The notes beneath the pieces were generated by a model, which saw nothing but the letters and a program-made list of their open reading frames with translations, was not told the origin of the DNA and did no database searches. A stretch of 64,000 nt of DNA, from IMG/VR virus record IMGVR_UViG_3300045015_000053, one strand, 5' to 3'. This document shows positions 55,679-64,000 of this stretch, piece after piece. The first letter of the stretch is position 1. Each line of letters starts with the position of its first letter. This stretch comes from a virus (Duplodnaviria; Caudoviricetes). The translations under genes were made by a program, and so were the position numbers.

Positions 55679-55709
55679 CAAAAAGCACGCGACATTCGCG
55701 TGCTTTTTG
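55679..55709. terminator. intrinsic terminator
   Basis: AAAAAGCACGCGA/TCGCGTGCTTTTT. Confidence 0.75.
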
Positions 55710-55747
55710 TCTATACTGGTTTTAACTTGCACACACAGGATTCCAAC

Positions 55748-56362
55748 ATGACCGGCTACACCCAAGAACTCGTTGATCGGAAGCTAGGATTCGAGGACTT
55801 CGCACTCCTCTGTAGTCGGGCCTTCGGCGCACTCGTCACCCTCCGCGACGAACCCCTTTCTGCACCGATCCCCCAAGAACTCAAGCCGAGCAACTACCAC
55901 TTCAAGGAAATCGGCAAGGCGAAAGCCGCACTCCTCAAGCTCCGCGCGATCAAGACCAAGAAAGACCGCATCGTTTGGGGCCGCAAGCGGCTCAAGAAGG
56001 ACATCGCGGCTTACACCGTACACCGCGACGAAGCGAAGTCGAAAGATACTACCGGCCAAATGCGTGCCGTTCTGATGAAGGTCGAGGCGTGGAAGCCGCC
56101 GCACCCCGACCATGCGGAGTTCAAGAAGTTCATGGTGCAACAACTGACCGACTCCATTGCGATGGAGGAACGGTCGGGCGACTTCTACGGCGACATGGTC
56201 ACCAAGCTGGAAGGCACCGGCCCGCTCACCGCTTACGAGCAAGCACTCAAGAAGGCGAAGGACGATCTCGCCTACCACACGAAAGAGTGGAAGGAAGAGG
56301 TCGCCCGCACAAAGAGCCGGAACCTCTGGCTCGGTCGCCTGCGTCGTTCTCTGAAGAAGTGA
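55748..56362 (+). CDS. hypothetical protein
   Basis: AGGA RBS; typical codon usage. Confidence 0.75.
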   Translation: MTGYTQELVDRKLGFEDFALLCSRAFGALVTLRDEPLSAPIPQELKPSNYHFKEIGKAKAALLKLRAIKTKKDRIVWGRKRLKKDIAAYTVHRDEAKSKDTTGQMRAVLMKVEAWKPPHPDHAEFKKFMVQQLTDSIAMEERSGDFYGDMVTKLEGTGPLTAYEQALKKAKDDLAYHTKEWKEEVARTKSRNLWLGRLRRSLKK

Positions 56363-56386
56363 TCCGCCCTTAACTGGAGTTCTGTC

Positions 56387-56548
56387 ATGTCTGTTCTCGA
56401 ACGCATGCGCAAGGTTCGTAAGGTTCCCGATCACCTCCGTCAGTACCGCGATCCCGAAACCGGGTGGCTGTACATCCGCGACGGAGCGTACCTGATCACC
56501 TACTGGGCCAACGGGGAAGTCAAGTCCGTCGAGGTGGTCGGCAAGTGA
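56387..56548 (+). CDS. hypothetical protein (53 aa)
   Basis: GGAG RBS; GTGA coupling to the next gene. Confidence 0.55.
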   Translation: MSVLERMRKVRKVPDHLRQYRDPETGWLYIRDGAYLITYWANGEVKSVEVVGK

Positions 56549-56976
56549 TCATCGAAGAAACCGGCAAGCATGTGCCGCTGTTTGCGGGGACCGGCGTACT
56601 GCGGTACTCCCGGCCCCCTGAATACGGCTTCAGGCTCGTGATGGAATGCGATCAGGCTATCGCCGACTACTACCGCGCCCTGATCCCCAAATACAAGAAA
56701 CCCGCTCCGCAAAGATACGGCGCACACGTCTCGGTCGTCAGGAAGGAAATTCCCGACTTGGCGGCTTGGGGGCGGTACGAGGGCGAGCCGATTGAGTACA
56801 TCTACACCGGCACCGTCTACTTCGGCCGGGTCTACTGTTGGCTGAACGTGTTCTGCACGCGGCTAGAGGAAGTGCGGCGCGAGTTGGGCCTCCCGGTAGC
56901 CAGTGAGTACACCCTGCCGCCGGAAGGCTTCACCAAGTGCTTCCACATGACAATTGGCAATTTTAAGGAACTGTGA
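56545..56976 (+). CDS. putative 2H phosphoesterase
   Basis: Two H-x-[S/T] motifs: AHVSVV and FHMTIG. Confidence 0.6.
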   Translation: MIIEETGKHVPLFAGTGVLRYSRPPEYGFRLVMECDQAIADYYRALIPKYKKPAPQRYGAHVSVVRKEIPDLAAWGRYEGEPIEYIYTGTVYFGRVYCWLNVFCTRLEEVRRELGLPVASEYTLPPEGFTKCFHMTIGNFKEL

Positions 56977-57236
56977 TGACACTTCCACCACTGCCGTATG
57001 CCGACTGGATCACGGCGATCCTCACCATCAGCTACATGCAGTTGATGGCGATGAGGAACGGGTGGGCGTGGCCGCTCGGCATCGCCACGCAGTTCCTCTG
57101 GATCTACATGAGCGTCTCGAAAGAGATGTACGGCATCGTGGTGCTTTCTCTGGTGTTGATGGCACAGTGTGCTTACGGCTGGTGGAACTGGAGCCGCCCG
57201 CCAGAGAAAGAACCCCTCGAAATGGGTGACCAATGA
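56973..57236 (+). CDS. PnuC-like small membrane protein
   Basis: Three hydrophobic helices; WAWPLGI and YGWWNW. Confidence 0.55.
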   Translation: MMTLPPLPYADWITAILTISYMQLMAMRNGWAWPLGIATQFLWIYMSVSKEMYGIVVLSLVLMAQCAYGWWNWSRPPEKEPLEMGDQ

Positions 57237-57407
57237 GATACCGAATCTTGATGGCCGTTTTGTTGGCGTCGGGTGTGGCAGGTTGGATCGCAATGATTCC
57301 CGCGCCGCCCTGTCAGAAAAACAAGTCGAATTCAGGGTTGTCAACCACGCGAAGGTTTGATACCTTCTTCTTGAAGCCTCTAACTGCGGACACCGTTCCG
57401 CTGCAAC

Positions 57408-57734
57408 ATGAAGTATTCAGACCGAATCCTGAAGGTCGGCGAGAAACGCTACCGAAGCCTTTCCGCGACCTTGTACCGCCACGACCTTGAGAACCTCGTC
57501 TTGTGTGGCGTTCCGGCCGACGAATACGCTCACGAGGCGTTGTTGGTACTCGAAGAGGCCGACAAAGAAACGAACTTGACCGAGGCGCGGGTGCTGGCGA
57601 TCTTGGTGGACGTTTTCACCAAGATGTTCTCCCCGCCACGCGAAGACTACCGGCGAAACCGAATCGAGCGAGCTTCGGTCAGCCCGAAGTACGCGGCGGC
57701 GGCGAAGGAAGTCTTTGAGGAGTTGACATCGTGA
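57408..57734 (+). CDS. hypothetical protein
   Basis: PADEYAHEA motif; overlaps alternative ORF 57233..57490. Confidence 0.6.
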   Translation: MKYSDRILKVGEKRYRSLSATLYRHDLENLVLCGVPADEYAHEALLVLEEADKETNLTEARVLAILVDVFTKMFSPPREDYRRNRIERASVSPKYAAAAKEVFEELTS

Positions 57735-57860
57735 TCGTTGGTCCCGTAGCTCAGTTGGTAGAGCAGCGCACTATTTATTGAGTTAACTTGGGGATAAATA
57801 ATGGTTATTTTTTAATTTTCGTAATATATAATTAAAATAATTAAAATAAAAGGATCAAAT

Positions 57861-58292
57861 ATGAAATCATTTAGAGAATGGGTTAAGAAAAATAAGAATG
57901 TAAATTTAAATGAAAATAGTAATGAAGCTGAAATCCAACAATTGGTAGGATTAATTGATGAACCGATGAAACAAATCTTGTCCATTCAAAAACAGTTTAC
58001 TTTCAATCCACATGTTGCAAACACACCAGAGCAAAATAGCCAAATTCACCAAATTGCGAATCAAATTTCTCCCACCATTAAGAAACTGGGAAGTTCGGTG
58101 CTATCAGTCCATGAAAAAACAGGCTATGAGATGATGAAATTGGGAGATTCGTTGTTCAAAAGCGACTCAAATACAACACGAGCTATTTTGGAGTTTGCTC
58201 AAAAATGGGAACAGATAAAACAATTGGCATTATCTGCATCATCATCTGCAAAAAAATTGTTTAAAAGTAAATTCGGCAAATTCGGCGGATGA
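57861..58292 (+). CDS. AT-rich protein with capsid-targeting-like N-terminus, inside the split tRNA
   Basis: MKSFREWVKK; A/T-ending codons unlike the flanking genes. Confidence 0.75.
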   Translation: MKSFREWVKKNKNVNLNENSNEAEIQQLVGLIDEPMKQILSIQKQFTFNPHVANTPEQNSQIHQIANQISPTIKKLGSSVLSVHEKTGYEMMKLGDSLFKSDSNTTRAILEFAQKWEQIKQLALSASSSAKKLFKSKFGKFGG

Positions 58293-58330
58293 AATTTTTG
58301 ATACCGTCGATCCACCCTTTGGAGAATCGA

Positions 58331-58408
58331 ATGGATATCTGGAAGGACATTCCTGGGTATGAAGGCTTCTACCAAGTGAGCAATACGGGGAACGTTAGGA
58401 ATGCGTAG
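58331..58408 (+). pseudogene. NUMOD4 motif fragment (remnant of a NUMOD4-HNH endonuclease)
   Basis: MDIWKDIPGYEGFYQVSNTGNVRNA*, stopping inside the tRNA 3' half. Confidence 0.75.
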
Positions 58409-58555
58409 GTCGAGGGTTCGACTCCCTCCGGGGCCACTTGAAGACAATCTGCGGTCTAATGTTCGAGGCGATGATTGCAATGGTGTTGGTAACCATTGCA
58501 ATCATCGCCTCTTTTTTCTTGGGTATAATCTCACAGCCCACAACCGGAGGACAAA

Positions 58556-59281
58556 ATGGCAGCTTACGAAGAACAAGATGAAGAATTGCCGCTCGACGGC
58601 CCGGACTCTTACGAGGATTCCCCGCCGCGCCCAGATCTTACGCCCGAAGAAGCGTTGAAGATCTACGAGAAGATCCGCGCCCTCGGCGGCACAGAACTCA
58701 ACGAGAAGCTCGACGCCGCCATCAAAACCGACGCCGGTATGCGTCAGGGCATGTGGGGCGTTGCGGCTTCGTGGAACGGCACCGAGCTTCCCGAACACCT
58801 TTCCGAACAACTGACCTTTGAGTTCGGGGAGGGCTACCTCTACGCACGGAATCTCGTTTCGTTGCACGGCGAATGGATCGAACTGGGCGTGCTGACCGGC
58901 TATCTTCCCGACTCCATCATCCTCAAGGACTTCGATTTCTCGATGGAAGGCAAGGCGAAGGAAGTGGGCATCGATTTCGAGAAACTGTGTGACGACATCG
59001 CGGAATTGTTCGTCGGCATCGACAAGGATTGCGGCGGCAACAGATTGTTCGTGTTCCGTGACGGGCTGGAAGAGGGCCGCTGGTGTGACATCATGCGGGT
59101 GACGGGAGCCGGCAGCGTGTACGGCGACTGGGGACGGGGTCGCGGCTGGCGCGGTATTCCGGCCGAAGGTCTGGCCGGGGAGAACCTGAAAGAGATCCTC
59201 AACATCGAAGACCTCGATAACCCCGTCATTCAATTCACACCGCCAGACAACCCCGAAAACTCCAACTCAGGGAACGAGTAA
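58556..59281 (+). CDS. acidic hypothetical protein
   Basis: GGAGG RBS; 241 aa. Confidence 0.75.
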   Translation: MAAYEEQDEELPLDGPDSYEDSPPRPDLTPEEALKIYEKIRALGGTELNEKLDAAIKTDAGMRQGMWGVAASWNGTELPEHLSEQLTFEFGEGYLYARNLVSLHGEWIELGVLTGYLPDSIILKDFDFSMEGKAKEVGIDFEKLCDDIAELFVGIDKDCGGNRLFVFRDGLEEGRWCDIMRVTGAGSVYGDWGRGRGWRGIPAEGLAGENLKEILNIEDLDNPVIQFTPPDNPENSNSGNE

Positions 59282-59583
59282 TGGCTCAAGGCCGAAGGGT
59301 TAGTCCGACAGGGTGTGCTATTGTCATCCTGTTCTGGCCGTTTTTGATCTGGTGGGCCTTGATCGACATGTCGATCAAGGCCGTCTGGGGTGACAAGCGA
59401 GTTGTCGCCCCGCCAACAAAGGCTCAAGTTCAAGACGTAGCCAAAGCCTATCGAGATGCTAAAAAGCTCATCGAGATAAGGCTGAAGGTGTTGAGGAGAG
59501 AAGATGGAAAGCGTGGTGATCAGGGACATCGTGGACTTCCTCAAGAAACACATGAAGCTGGAAGTCAAAAAGAAGACGTTTGA
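59281..59583 (+). CDS. membrane protein
   Basis: TAATG coupling; N-terminal TM. Confidence 0.55.
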   Translation: MAQGRRVSPTGCAIVILFWPFLIWWALIDMSIKAVWGDKRVVAPPTKAQVQDVAKAYRDAKKLIEIRLKVLRREDGKRGDQGHRGLPQETHEAGSQKEDV

Positions 59584-59680
59584 CATGGTGTGTTACGAAG
59601 AAACGCTGGTTGTCAAAATCGGCGAAGAGGTTATTACCGAAGTGTGTTTGAGACAGGAGACATTGCCGGACTGGGGCTAA
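59504..59680 (+). CDS. hypothetical protein
   Basis: GAGGAG RBS; overlaps the previous ORF. Confidence 0.5.
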   Translation: MESVVIRDIVDFLKKHMKLEVKKKTFDMVCYEETLVVKIGEEVITEVCLRQETLPDWG

Positions 59681-59688
59681 ATAGCTGT

Positions 59689-59991
59689 ATGCCTCACACA
59701 TTCCTCGAATACGTCGGCCAGCGAACCGAGAGCTACTTGATTCACACGGCCCAGAAGATCAAGCACGGTCCCGATTACGGGTACTTGTACTGGAACGAAG
59801 AGAAGAAAAAGGTTCACTGGACTGCGGCAGACGGCGACGGGTTCGATCCGAGGGACGAACACCCGTTGACATCGCTGAAGGAAATCAAGAAGATGTTCGC
59901 CAGCATCCCCGGCGTCAAGGACGTGGAGATCGGCGACGAGTGGTCGCCGAAGGGCGACGGGTGGCAACGGATTGACTACAAGAGGAAGTGA
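59689..59991 (+). CDS. hypothetical protein with capsid-targeting-like N-terminus
   Basis: MPHTFLEYVG; TAAATA 5 nt upstream. Confidence 0.7.
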   Translation: MPHTFLEYVGQRTESYLIHTAQKIKHGPDYGYLYWNEEKKKVHWTAADGDGFDPRDEHPLTSLKEIKKMFASIPGVKDVEIGDEWSPKGDGWQRIDYKRK

Positions 59992-60227
59992 TGAAAAACA
60001 CCGTTCGCGAAACCAAGTTGGAAGACTTGGTTCGCCTCGATGAAAAGATCCTCGCCAACATGCTCAAGGACGCGAACATGGACCTCAAGATGGATCGTGT
60101 CGCCGACAAGATCGAAGAGGGCGTCGTGATGACCGCTGAAATGGCTTCACTGGCGAAGATCGCCTGCTACGCGATGGCGGTCGAACTGCGGCTCAAGACT
60201 TTTTCTGCGCCTGCTCACGTTGTTTGA
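59988..60227 (+). CDS. hypothetical protein
   Basis: GTGA coupling. Confidence 0.6.
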   Translation: MMKNTVRETKLEDLVRLDEKILANMLKDANMDLKMDRVADKIEEGVVMTAEMASLAKIACYAMAVELRLKTFSAPAHVV

Positions 60228-60351
60228 CCCATTCGGCGAACGATTTCTTCTGTTCGCCGACCGTGACGGTTTCGCCGCCGGTGTCGAGCGCGAATTTGAT
60301 GCCCTTCTTCTTTTTCTTCTTGCAGTTTTCTGCGAGTGGTTTCTTATTCAT
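60193..60351 (-). CDS. small basic protein (52 aa)
   Basis: TACATA 5 nt upstream; internal SFAEWVKQRE motif. Confidence 0.55.
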   Translation of the reverse strand: MNKKPLAENCKKKKKKGIKFALDTGGETVTVGEQKKSFAEWVKQREQAQKKS

Positions 60352-60361
60352 GGAGGTATGT

Positions 60362-60613
60362 ATGCTCCACTGGCCGATTAAAGCTCGCGAGAATACGGCC
60401 CATTACGGCGTCGGTGTCAACTCGGCGAGAACGCACGTTCTGGTGCAGTTGGGCGAGGACGTACACTACCCGGAAGACGACCACGTTCAGATCCGAGTTC
60501 CGTTGACGCGGGAGGAGGCTTTGAATATGATCGAGCTACTTCAAAGATCTATCGCGGGACTTTCCACCGAAGACCAACAGGACATGTCCCGCGTTCCTGG
60601 GTTCGACGGCTAA
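60362..60613 (+). CDS. hypothetical protein
   Basis: GGAGG RBS. Confidence 0.6.
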   Translation: MLHWPIKARENTAHYGVGVNSARTHVLVQLGEDVHYPEDDHVQIRVPLTREEALNMIELLQRSIAGLSTEDQQDMSRVPGFDG

Positions 60614-60628
60614 ACGCAAAGGGGCAAA

Positions 60629-61090
60629 ATGGGGGTCGATTTCTTTCTCTGCGACTATTGCAGTGACTCGATCTGTGACTGCGGGTCGTGGGAGCGGTGC
60701 AACGAGCATTGCGGTCGCCGCTGGTGCGACATGAAGTGCGCCGCAGCGGACGGCTATCGACAAGATGACGATTGGCCGGAAGACGGCAGTTGCAAGTATT
60801 GTCGAGACGAAGACGCGACGGACAGACAACTCCTGTACTTCCTCATGAGGTGGTATGGAACCAATTTGAAGAAGGCCAAGAAGCTGTACGTCGAACATGG
60901 CGGCGTCGTGCCGAAAGGGAAGAATGCCAAAAAAGCAAAGCCTCGATCACGAAAAGAAGTACATCCAGTTTCTGGAGAAGAGGCTGGCGAGTGCGAACTA
61001 CAAGGCGAACGTGACGCCGGAAGAGTACCAGAAAACGAAGGACAAACTGGCGAAGGCGCGGCTGAAGCTCAAACTACTGAGGTAAAGTGA
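60629..61090 (+). CDS. Cys-rich hypothetical protein
   Basis: Several CxxC motifs; 3' part overlaps ORF 60924..61085. Confidence 0.55.
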   Translation: MGVDFFLCDYCSDSICDCGSWERCNEHCGRRWCDMKCAAADGYRQDDDWPEDGSCKYCRDEDATDRQLLYFLMRWYGTNLKKAKKLYVEHGGVVPKGKNAKKAKPRSRKEVHPVSGEEAGECELQGERDAGRVPENEGQTGEGAAEAQTTEVK

Positions 61091-61326
61091 ACACGAACTT
61101 GAACGACGTAGTTCCCAGGCAGTTGTTCGTAAAGGGCGACTTCAAATCAGCGGCCGGCTTGACCTTACCCTGGAAGGTCGAGTGCGACTCCCTGAACGAA
61201 TGGGACTGGGACACTCTGGCGTTGATGGCTCTGCCGTTGCTGCCGCCCTTCGGCCGTGTCGAGGCGGTGATGAACGGGGGTTTGAATTTCGGCTCTTGTT
61301 TGATGCGGCACCGGACGCCCTCGTAA
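61087..61326 (+). pseudogene. truncated phosphoribosyltransferase-like gene
   Basis: FKSAAGLTLPWKVECDSL...GG resembles the phage OPRT-like N-terminus; PRPP-binding VDDV loop absent. Confidence 0.55.
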
Positions 61327-61715
61327 ACGGCCACAAAATAAGTTGTCCACAATGTGGCAGAAATCGTGCAGGCAACAAGCTATGGAGAGGCACAGGCAAT
61401 ATCAGCGGCAAGTTTTGGAGTAGCATCCGTTGGAGTGCGAAAGTTCGTAACTTGGTTTTTGCTATTGAGCCTCGATACGCTTGGGATCTTTTTGAGAAAC
61501 AAGATCGCAAATGCGTTTTGACTGGCGAGCCTATTGAGATCCATCGATACGGTGAAGTCACTGCTTCGTTAGATCGTATCCGTTCTGACGAAGGCTATGT
61601 TGCGGGAAATGTGCAATGGGTTCACAAACGTATCAACTGGATGAAAAGCGACATGTCAGAAAAGGATTTCATTGATTGGTGTAAGAAAGTGACCTTGAAA
61701 TCGGCAGGTTTGTAA
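61182..61715 (+). CDS. HNH/endonuclease VII-like homing endonuclease (start uncertain)
   Basis: CVLTG, ASLDRIRSDEGYVAGNVQWVHKRINWMK. Confidence 0.8.
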   Translation: MRLPERMGLGHSGVDGSAVAAALRPCRGGDERGFEFRLLFDAAPDALVNGHKISCPQCGRNRAGNKLWRGTGNISGKFWSSIRWSAKVRNLVFAIEPRYAWDLFEKQDRKCVLTGEPIEIHRYGEVTASLDRIRSDEGYVAGNVQWVHKRINWMKSDMSEKDFIDWCKKVTLKSAGL

Positions 61716-61764
61716 TCGAGATCAAGGGGTTCAACAAGTTCAGCTTCCGCAAGGACAAGTCCAC

Positions 61765-62286
61765 ATGATCGTCACGCTCGAAGACTTCGAGATGGACATC
61801 GCCAACTTCGTCGGCCACCGTCGCCAAGAGGAGGCCGAGAAGAAGGGACTGCCGGACAAACACGGCTTCGAGGGCGGCACCGCAGAGGGGACTCACATCC
61901 ACTGCTGCGGTGCCGTCGCCGAGTTTGCGGTGGGCAAAGCACTTGACATCCACTGGGGCGGCTCAGTCAACACGTTCAAACGCGGCGGCGACGTGGGCCA
62001 CTTCCAAGTCCGCTACCGCAGTCAAGAACATTACCAACTCATTGTCCGCGCCGACGACCGGGACGAAGACATCTTCATCTTGGTTCGCGGCACGCCCCCG
62101 ACGCTCGACGTGGTGGGCTGGCTCACGGGCAAAGACGCCAAGAACCCCGAATGGGTACGCAGGTACGGCGGCAGACCCCCGGCCTTCTTCGTGCCGGACG
62201 ACCAGTTGAAGCCGACCGTGGACCTTCTGAAACAGTACCTCAAAGACAAGTTCGCGAGAGTACGGGAATGCAAGTCGTCAACGTGA
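61765..62286 (+). CDS. hypothetical protein, possibly nuclease-fold
   Basis: AEFAVGKAL...DV...QVR pattern. Confidence 0.6.
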   Translation: MIVTLEDFEMDIANFVGHRRQEEAEKKGLPDKHGFEGGTAEGTHIHCCGAVAEFAVGKALDIHWGGSVNTFKRGGDVGHFQVRYRSQEHYQLIVRADDRDEDIFILVRGTPPTLDVVGWLTGKDAKNPEWVRRYGGRPPAFFVPDDQLKPTVDLLKQYLKDKFARVRECKSST

Positions 62287-62594
62287 GCGTGTACGGCGGC
62301 GTCGAGAAGGCCAAAAAGAAGGGCGTCATCTACTGCGGCCGTCCTTCGACCCTCGGCAACCCGTACCCACTGAAGAACGAGGCCGACCGCGCCGCAGTTC
62401 TCGAACAGTATCGCGAGTGGTTGCTGTTTATGGTGGCCGACAACGACGAGCCGGTGATGGACGCCCTTCGCGAATTGAACGAAGACAGCGTACTGGGCTG
62501 CTGGTGCAAGCCGCATCATGTGGCAACCGGGTTATGTCACTGCGAGATCATTATCGAGGTGTGGAAGGATCTGAAAGCTCGGTCTGTGATCTAG
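62268..62594 (+). CDS. DUF4326 domain protein
   Basis: YCGRPSTLGNPY and LGCWCKP...CHCEII. Confidence 0.85.
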   Translation: MQVVNVSVYGGVEKAKKKGVIYCGRPSTLGNPYPLKNEADRAAVLEQYREWLLFMVADNDEPVMDALRELNEDSVLGCWCKPHHVATGLCHCEIIIEVWKDLKARSVI

Positions 62595-62601
62595 ATAAGG
62601 C

Positions 62602-63093
62602 ATGCGATTCAAAGAGTGGCTTCTTGCCGAAGACATCCAGATTTACGGCGGCGACGACGACAGCGAAGCCGCGAGCGGTGCCGCTTACGTTATGGACGAC
62701 GCCGGTCTGCGATGGACCCGTGACAAGAGTTTGTTGTTGGTTGCGGTGGACGGCAAGCGTGGGGAGGACTTCGACGGGAGCGACGTGGTCGGATGCGTCG
62801 TCTACAGTTGGGGTCCAGACCATGAGTCCGAGGACCGCGATCACTACGTTTTCGATTTCGACACAGCCGTAAGACGCGACTATCAGGCGAAACCCATGTT
62901 GCGTGTCGGCCCGCGATTGATTGACGCCGCAATTGCGTACTACCGCAGCTTGGCCTCCGAAGTTGACAGTTCCGAGATCAGAGTGTACGCCGTGAACCCG
63001 AACATCGTCAAGTTCTTGACCGGCCCGCGTTACGGGTTCAGGGTGGAAGAGGAACTTCAGGGAGGGAAGGCGATTTTGTCTTGGCGCAGATAG
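62602..63093 (+). CDS. GNAT-like protein with capsid-targeting-like N-terminus
   Basis: MRFKEWLLAE; VVGCV, AVRRDYQ...VGPRLI, N...F...YGF; TAGATA 4 nt upstream. Confidence 0.55.
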   Translation: MRFKEWLLAEDIQIYGGDDDSEAASGAAYVMDDAGLRWTRDKSLLLVAVDGKRGEDFDGSDVVGCVVYSWGPDHESEDRDHYVFDFDTAVRRDYQAKPMLRVGPRLIDAAIAYYRSLASEVDSSEIRVYAVNPNIVKFLTGPRYGFRVEEELQGGKAILSWRR

Positions 63094-63101
63094 ATAATGT
63101 C

Positions 63102-63482
63102 ATGCGTGTCTTGCGAATTCTCTTCTTGGTTTTGATCCCCGCATGTTGCCTGACGCTGCCGATCCAGCGTCCAGTCCCGCCTAGTTCGACCACAGTAAAA
63201 CGATCTGCTCAGACCCCGTTCAAAGAGGTGACACGCCGGTGTGTCGTTTCCGGTCGGTTCGTGGGTTTCCACGACAGCTTCATCTACGTTGAAAGTCCCA
63301 AAGAGGGGCTGGTGCGGGTGAAGGTTTCGCCTAAGACGCGGATCTTGTTTCACAACTACACGACGCACGAGCGGCTGGAAGCGACCAGCGTCAAAGAGGT
63401 GATTTTGAAGTTGCCAGACGCGGTGACGATTGGCGTTAACGGGATGGCGGAAGACGTGATCTTTGCGGTTACTGAAGACTGA
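63102..63482 (+). CDS. secreted/lipoprotein-like hypothetical protein
   Basis: Hydrophobic N-terminus with Cys; TAGATA 5 nt upstream. Confidence 0.6.
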   Translation: MRVLRILFLVLIPACCLTLPIQRPVPPSSTTVKRSAQTPFKEVTRRCVVSGRFVGFHDSFIYVESPKEGLVRVKVSPKTRILFHNYTTHERLEATSVKEVILKLPDAVTIGVNGMAEDVIFAVTED

Positions 63483-63506
63483 GGGGGCGTCAATTTGACG
63501 CCCCCC
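63483..63506. terminator. hairpin between convergent genes
   Basis: GGGGCGTCAA-T-TTGACGCCCC. Confidence 0.65.
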
Positions 63507-63513
63507 TTGTCGT

Positions 63514-63807
63514 TTACCATCCGAACCGCCCGAACTGGTACTGATACTGGAATCCGAACTGGTTGTATCGGAACCGGAACGTTTCGGAGAAACCGAACGC
63601 CACTGGCGGGTAGGGATACAGGAACGGCTGGACGTAGGGACGCGGCAGCACGACCGGCGGCGCGACGAACGGACGCCCGAACGGGTAGGCCGGGCCGGGG
63701 ACCAGAACGGGTTGTACAACGACCACCGGCGGGCGACGATTGGGTTGTGCCTGTGCGGTCGATGCGAACAGGCAGAGGGCGGCGGCGATAGCTAATAGTG
63801 TCTTCAT
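63514..63807 (-). CDS. secreted proline-rich protein
   Basis: Signal peptide MKTLLAIAAALCLFASTAQA; AAGGA RBS. Confidence 0.7.
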   Translation of the reverse strand: MKTLLAIAAALCLFASTAQAQPNRRPPVVVVQPVLVPGPAYPFGRPFVAPPVVLPRPYVQPFLYPYPPVAFGFSETFRFRYNQFGFQYQYQFGRFGW

Positions 63808-63885
63808 TTCTTTTCCTTTGTTTGGGTCTTACAGGGCTAATGAAGTTTAGTGTGCAATTTGCGCGGAGTTGGCCTAAATAACCGC

Positions 63886-64000
63886 ATGAAGACTTTCTTG
63901 CAACTTCACGAAAACGCTCTCCGCTTCAACGAGTCGGTGATCGATGACGCTTGTGTCAAAAGCTTCAAGAAGAAGCTGGACGAGATCAAGAAGATGATCG
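63886..64000 (+). CDS. partial ORF with capsid-targeting-like N-terminus
   Basis: TAAATA 5 nt upstream; MKTFLQLHENALRFNES runs off the window. Confidence 0.65.
   Translation, partial: MKTFLQLHENALRFNESVIDDACVKSFKKKLDEIKKMI

Larger units (their letters stand above)
57740..58436 (+). tRNA. tRNA split in the anticodon loop by a ~625-nt insertion
   Basis: 5' half 57740-57772 and 3' half 58400-58436 pair: acceptor GGTCCCG/CGGGGCC, stem GCGCA/TGCGT. Confidence 0.7.

Noticed and set aside
57773-58399. Group I or II intron in the split tRNA
   Set aside because: No P7 or domain V signature found; the insert is mostly ORF with little structure.
60897-61090. Programmed frameshift at A-AAA-AAG linking overlapping ORFs 60629 and 60924
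   Set aside because: The heptamer is in the wrong frame for the upstream gene and no stimulatory structure is evident; simple overlap or a lost stop is more likely.

Overview
This window is a 64-kb segment of a large (jumbo/huge-type) dsDNA bacteriophage genome. The phage call is inferred from gene content and layout: dUTPase, PhoH, thioredoxin, amidoligase, Rnl2-type RNA ligase, DUF4326, HNH endonucleases, dense short hypothetical genes and T4-like late-promoter/capsid-targeting signals. No capsid or terminase gene lies in the window. A Planctomycetota host is weakly suggested by a TIGR02996-like protein. The centre (15-58 kb) holds about 56 tRNA and tRNA-like genes, none encoding CCA and nearly all ending N-CT. 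These are interleaved with six related HNH genes, a divergent EF-Tu and several unannotated structured RNAs. The most novel signals are: (1) a ~60-nt RNA module present in 8 copies and several circular permutations, always beside or inside a tRNA; (2) several tRNAs interrupted by inserts, one by an AT-rich ORF cassette; (3) HNH genes sitting between same-amino-acid tRNAs or tRNA-end duplications; (4) about 15 unrelated proteins sharing a T4 capsid-targeting-like N-terminus, most with a TAnATA element 4-5 nt upstream of the ATG. All coordinates and folds were read by eye, with no software or database searches.
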